Below are positions 24,893 to 28,351 of a stretch of DNA of 28,351 nucleotides, piece by piece. The stretch covers positions 1 to 28,351 of the IMG/VR virus record IMGVR_UViG_3300032212_000119, one strand, 5' to 3'. This DNA is from a virus (taxonomy: Duplodnaviria > Caudoviricetes). The translations under genes were made by a program, and so were the position numbers. Below the pieces are notes generated by a model. That model did no database searches and had not been told where the DNA came from. It saw nothing but the letters and a program-made list of their open reading frames with translations. Every line of letters starts with the position of its first letter. Positions within the stretch are counted from its first letter, which is position 1.

Positions 24893-26364
24893 AGAAAACA
24901 AAACCCTTTGATTGGAAACGTCCACCGCAATTAAGATTATCGCTTGACGATGAAATTATTATTGATAACTTTGCAGGTGGTGGCGGTGCAAGCATAGGCA
25001 TTGAACAAGCCCTTGGACGCTCTGTTGATGTTGCCATCAACCACGATCCAGAAGCCATTGCCATGCATGAAGCAAACCACCCGCAAACAAAGCATTACGT
25101 GTCCGATGTTTTTGAAGTTGATCCCGTTGAAGTTTGCAAAGGCAAGCCTGTCGGCCTTGCGTGGTTTAGCCCGGACTGCAAACATTTCTCCAAAGCAAAA
25201 GGCGGTAAACCTGTTAGCCGTAAAGTACGCGGCCTTGCAAACGTAGCAATCAAATGGGCGAAGTTAGTAAAACCCAGAATAATAATTTTAGAAAACGTTG
25301 AAGAGTTTCAAGACTGGGGTCCGCTACTTGATAACGATAAACCCTGCCCTGTTCGTAAAGGTTTAACCTTCCGGCGTTTCGTGCGCGACCTTGAAAAACT
25401 AGGCTACCAGGTAGAATGGCAAGAGCTACGCGCCTGTGATTATGGCGCACCAACAATCCGTAAACGATTATTTCTAATTGCCCGAAGTGATGGACAGCCA
25501 ATAACATGGCCAACAGCCACTCACGGAAAAGAAAAAGGATTAAAACCCTATAATACAGCTGCAGATTGCATTGATTGGTCGAATACTTGTCCTTCAATAT
25601 TCCTAAATAAAGACGAAGCCAAAGAATTTAATGTGCGCAGACCGTTAGCAGAAAAAACATTAACAAGAATAGCAAAAGGCATGCGGCGCTATGTTATCAA
25701 CACAGACAAACCTTTTATTGTTCCCGCATTCATTACCGAACATGCAAACGGTTCATCACAACGCAATATGCCTGCAGATGAACCGCTAAGAACAATTTGC
25801 GCACAAGTAAAAGGCGGCCACTTTGCGTTAGTCTCGGCTTTTCTTGCAAAACATTACGGTGGCGTTGTCGGTCACGGGGTTAAGCAACCTATAGGCACCA
25901 TCACATCAGTGGATCATCACTCGCTGGTTAGCAGCCACCTCTTGCAACTAAGAAACAATCAATACGGGCAAGATGTAAATCAACCTATCCCAACATTAAC
26001 AGCCGGCGGCACTCATATCGGTGAAGTGCGCGCCTTCTTGGTTAAGTATTACGGAACCGATCAAGATCCGAAATTACATGAGCCAATGCACACCATTACC
26101 TCTCGCGATCGCTTTGGCTTGGTTACGGTTGAAGGCCAAGATTACCAAATAGCAGATATAGGCATGCGTATGCTGGCACCGCGCGAACTCTATCGCGCGC
26201 AAGGCTTTCCAGACGAATACATTATTAACCCAACTTACAACGGAAAAACCTTAACCAAAACAGCACAGGTGCGAATGTGCGGTAATAGCGTAAGCCCTGT
26301 TATAGCAGCAGCAATCGTTAAAGCTAATGTTTTAAATAAAGAAGCTAACAAAAAAATAATCTAA
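24889..26364 (+). CDS. C5 DNA cytosine methyltransferase (orphan)
   Basis: DNFAGGGG (I), SPDC (IV), ENV (VI), PTIRKRLF (VIII), RELYRAQGFP (IX), GNSV (X). Confidence 0.95.
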   Translation: MKKTKPFDWKRPPQLRLSLDDEIIIDNFAGGGGASIGIEQALGRSVDVAINHDPEAIAMHEANHPQTKHYVSDVFEVDPVEVCKGKPVGLAWFSPDCKHFSKAKGGKPVSRKVRGLANVAIKWAKLVKPRIIILENVEEFQDWGPLLDNDKPCPVRKGLTFRRFVRDLEKLGYQVEWQELRACDYGAPTIRKRLFLIARSDGQPITWPTATHGKEKGLKPYNTAADCIDWSNTCPSIFLNKDEAKEFNVRRPLAEKTLTRIAKGMRRYVINTDKPFIVPAFITEHANGSSQRNMPADEPLRTICAQVKGGHFALVSAFLAKHYGGVVGHGVKQPIGTITSVDHHSLVSSHLLQLRNNQYGQDVNQPIPTLTAGGTHIGEVRAFLVKYYGTDQDPKLHEPMHTITSRDRFGLVTVEGQDYQIADIGMRMLAPRELYRAQGFPDEYIINPTYNGKTLTKTAQVRMCGNSVSPVIAAAIVKANVLNKEANKKII

Positions 26365-26379
26365 ACAGAGGAGAAACCA

Positions 26380-26712
26380 ATGGATACCGATGTAACACAA
26401 TATTTTGAAGACCTTGACGCTGGCACATTCCAGCAAAAAATAGGTAAAGCATTATCTGATGTATCTGGTGCAGTAGTTGATCACCATGCTCCAGGTAAAG
26501 TGCAAATCACGTTCACCATTAAGCAGCTGGGTAACAGCAATCAAGTAATGATTGATCATGATCTTGCCTTTTCTGGCCCCACAAAAAACGGCGAGTTTGC
26601 AGAAAAGAATCGCACCAAAACCCCCATGCACGTTAACGAAGGCGGTGAATTAACGCTGTTCCCAAAAAACCAACATCAAATGTTTGACAGCAAAGGTGCC
26701 GTCGAAAGTTAA
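26380..26712 (+). CDS. YfdP-like hypothetical protein
   Basis: TDVTQYFEDLDAGTF...TPMHVNEGGELT; immediately upstream of a YfdQ-like gene. Confidence 0.75.
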   Translation: MDTDVTQYFEDLDAGTFQQKIGKALSDVSGAVVDHHAPGKVQITFTIKQLGNSNQVMIDHDLAFSGPTKNGEFAEKNRTKTPMHVNEGGELTLFPKNQHQMFDSKGAVES

Positions 26713-26738
26713 ATTATAATTATTTTAAGGAGTGATTT

Positions 26739-27557
26739 ATGTCTTTATCTAAAGATGCAATTGAGCATGTCGAACAAAATGCCATCGCAGTAGCAGCACA
26801 ACAAAGCGATGCGATGCCCGACTTTCCATTTAGACTTTTACCTTCAGGAATGAATATAGCAAGCCTTGAACCTTTTATGGTTGAGAGAAATCAGTTTAGA
26901 GCAGCAATGAAAACACGCTCTATTGAAGACTTCGTTAAGTATTTTGAAGAACATCAAGGTGAAAACTGTTTCATAAATGCAGAGCAAATGACTGCAAAAA
27001 CAATTTTTGACTTAGGTGATTCAGCGGCTCCGTTACATTGTCATCACAAGGCTTACCTTAGTCTTCAAAAAACAGCTGCATTCAAAGAGCTAGAGCGTGT
27101 TAACGGCAACCTCATGTATCAACGTGACATGGCCGACCGGATTGAAGAATGGCATGATCTAATTATCCCTCAAGCTGATACCGAAGGCAAAGAAACGATC
27201 GCTTTATCAAAGGCGGTCGCTTCTATTCGCAGAATGACTGTTGAAGAAATCAAAAAAACAGATCATGAAGCGCGTAGCTCTGGCCAACGAAAAACATCCA
27301 TGGAAGATATTGAAGCTAAAAGTGATGAAAGTTTACCAGGTTACTTCTCTTTCACTTGTACACCATACGAAGGATTAAAAGAACAAATATTTGCCCTTCG
27401 TCTGAGCGTATTAACTTCACATGACGCACCCGCATTTAAATTACGAGTTCAGCGTTTTGAAAGTATCGAAGAAAACCTTGCCACTGAGTTCCGTGACTTA
27501 CTGGTGAAAAAGTTACCAGAAAACGCCAAAACATTTATTGGTGAATTAAACACATAA
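26739..27557 (+). CDS. YfdQ-like (DUF2303) protein
   Basis: SIEDFVKY...CFINAEQMTA...LP..F.FTC.PYEGL pattern; paired with the upstream gene. Confidence 0.85.
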   Translation: MSLSKDAIEHVEQNAIAVAAQQSDAMPDFPFRLLPSGMNIASLEPFMVERNQFRAAMKTRSIEDFVKYFEEHQGENCFINAEQMTAKTIFDLGDSAAPLHCHHKAYLSLQKTAAFKELERVNGNLMYQRDMADRIEEWHDLIIPQADTEGKETIALSKAVASIRRMTVEEIKKTDHEARSSGQRKTSMEDIEAKSDESLPGYFSFTCTPYEGLKEQIFALRLSVLTSHDAPAFKLRVQRFESIEENLATEFRDLLVKKLPENAKTFIGELNT

Positions 27558-27704
27558 CCAAAGAAAAGCCTTGAGCCGAGGCGGAGCAGCTAGGTTGCTA
27601 ACCTAGGGAGAGTGCCGATTTGCATCAGACTCCATCCAATAGTACGAGATAGCGTAGCAGTGATGTAGTTTATTGGAAGGCCAGCTATTTAGGAGAAGCA
27701 ACCA

Positions 27705-27896
27705 ATGAGAAATAAGCAACAGTTTGTAATTTGTGGAGTAAAAGAAAACGACACTGGTTGGGATTTAAAACTAGGCCCAGATAAAAATGATCCGTGGGTG
27801 TCAGTACCAGAGATTGAGTTCCCAGTAACTCCCGAAATTGGTGATATTGCAATGGTGTTACTACCCGAAGTAATTGGTATTACTACACCCGTATAA
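27705..27896 (+). CDS. Hypothetical protein
   Basis: 63 aa with AGGAG RBS. Confidence 0.6.
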   Translation: MRNKQQFVICGVKENDTGWDLKLGPDKNDPWVSVPEIEFPVTPEIGDIAMVLLPEVIGITTPV

Positions 27897-27938
27897 CGAG
27901 TTTCATAGAAGATTAGATTATTGTTAGAGGTACAATTT

Positions 27939-28277
27939 ATGGCACGAAACATGAGTTTTGCAATGACTACCGAACAGTTTAGAAACAAAACTAAAACGGT
28001 TACACGTCGGTTTGGCTGGCTCTTTTTAAAAGCAGGTGATGAAGTTCGCGGAGTGGAAAAAGCAATGGGTTTGAAGAAAGGCGAGAAAATAAAACAGCTA
28101 GGAATGGTGCGAATAATTTCAACCCGACAAGAGCCATTAAATGCAATCACGCAGGACGATGTTATTAAAGAAGGTTTCCCAGACTGGACGCCCGCGCAGT
28201 TTATACAAATGTTAATTGATCATTATAAGGTTGATCCGACCAAAGAAGTTAACAGGATTGAATTTGAATATATTTAG
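27939..28277 (+). CDS. ASCH/PUA-like domain protein
   Basis: MSF...KTKTVTRR.GW..LK.GD...EPLNAITQDDVIKEGF; GAGG RBS before ATG 27939. Confidence 0.8.
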   Translation: MARNMSFAMTTEQFRNKTKTVTRRFGWLFLKAGDEVRGVEKAMGLKKGEKIKQLGMVRIISTRQEPLNAITQDDVIKEGFPDWTPAQFIQMLIDHYKVDPTKEVNRIEFEYI

Positions 28278-28312
28278 GATGTTGACTTGTTATATTTTTA
28301 TTGGAGATTGAA

Positions 28313-28351
28313 ATGGGAAAACACAACATCAACAAGCTTTCAATCATTTTT
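28313..28351 (+). CDS. Start of a further ORF (truncated by window)
   Basis: GGAGA RBS then ATG, open to the window end. Confidence 0.4.
   Translation, partial: MGKHNINKLSIIF

Noticed and set aside
27689-28150. 153-aa - strand ORF
   Set aside because: Antisense to two + strand genes with good RBSs, including the ASCH protein.
1-28351. Integrase/att site, transposase, reverse transcriptase/DGR, LexA box
   Set aside because: None recognised in this window. The LexA check was by eye around promoters only and is not exhaustive.

Overview
This window is a contiguous part of a temperate lambda-like siphovirus (phage or prophage, roughly 40% GC by eye, probably from a gammaproteobacterial host). 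The + strand at the right end carries a short CI-like repressor and an early PL-type operon (KilAC antirepressor, C5 DNA methyltransferase, YfdP/YfdQ-like proteins, ASCH protein). The - strand carries cro, cII, small early ORFs, O with four iterons, DnaB, a Q-like gene with PR'/tR', holin, an HNH nuclease, a lambda-like cos, terminase, gpW, portal, protease/scaffold, decoration protein, major capsid, head-tail connectors, tail tube, tail chaperone with a -1 frameshift and the start of the tape measure gene. The most unusual element is an accessory cassette between tail tube and tail chaperone. There a P1-c4/P4-CI-like antisense RNA switch sits upstream of a 69-aa protein that by eye resembles the C-terminal domain of the phage's own non-cleavable repressor, and this ORF is translationally coupled to an HNH nuclease. 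All family assignments are by-eye motif and synteny recognition; no database searches were run.
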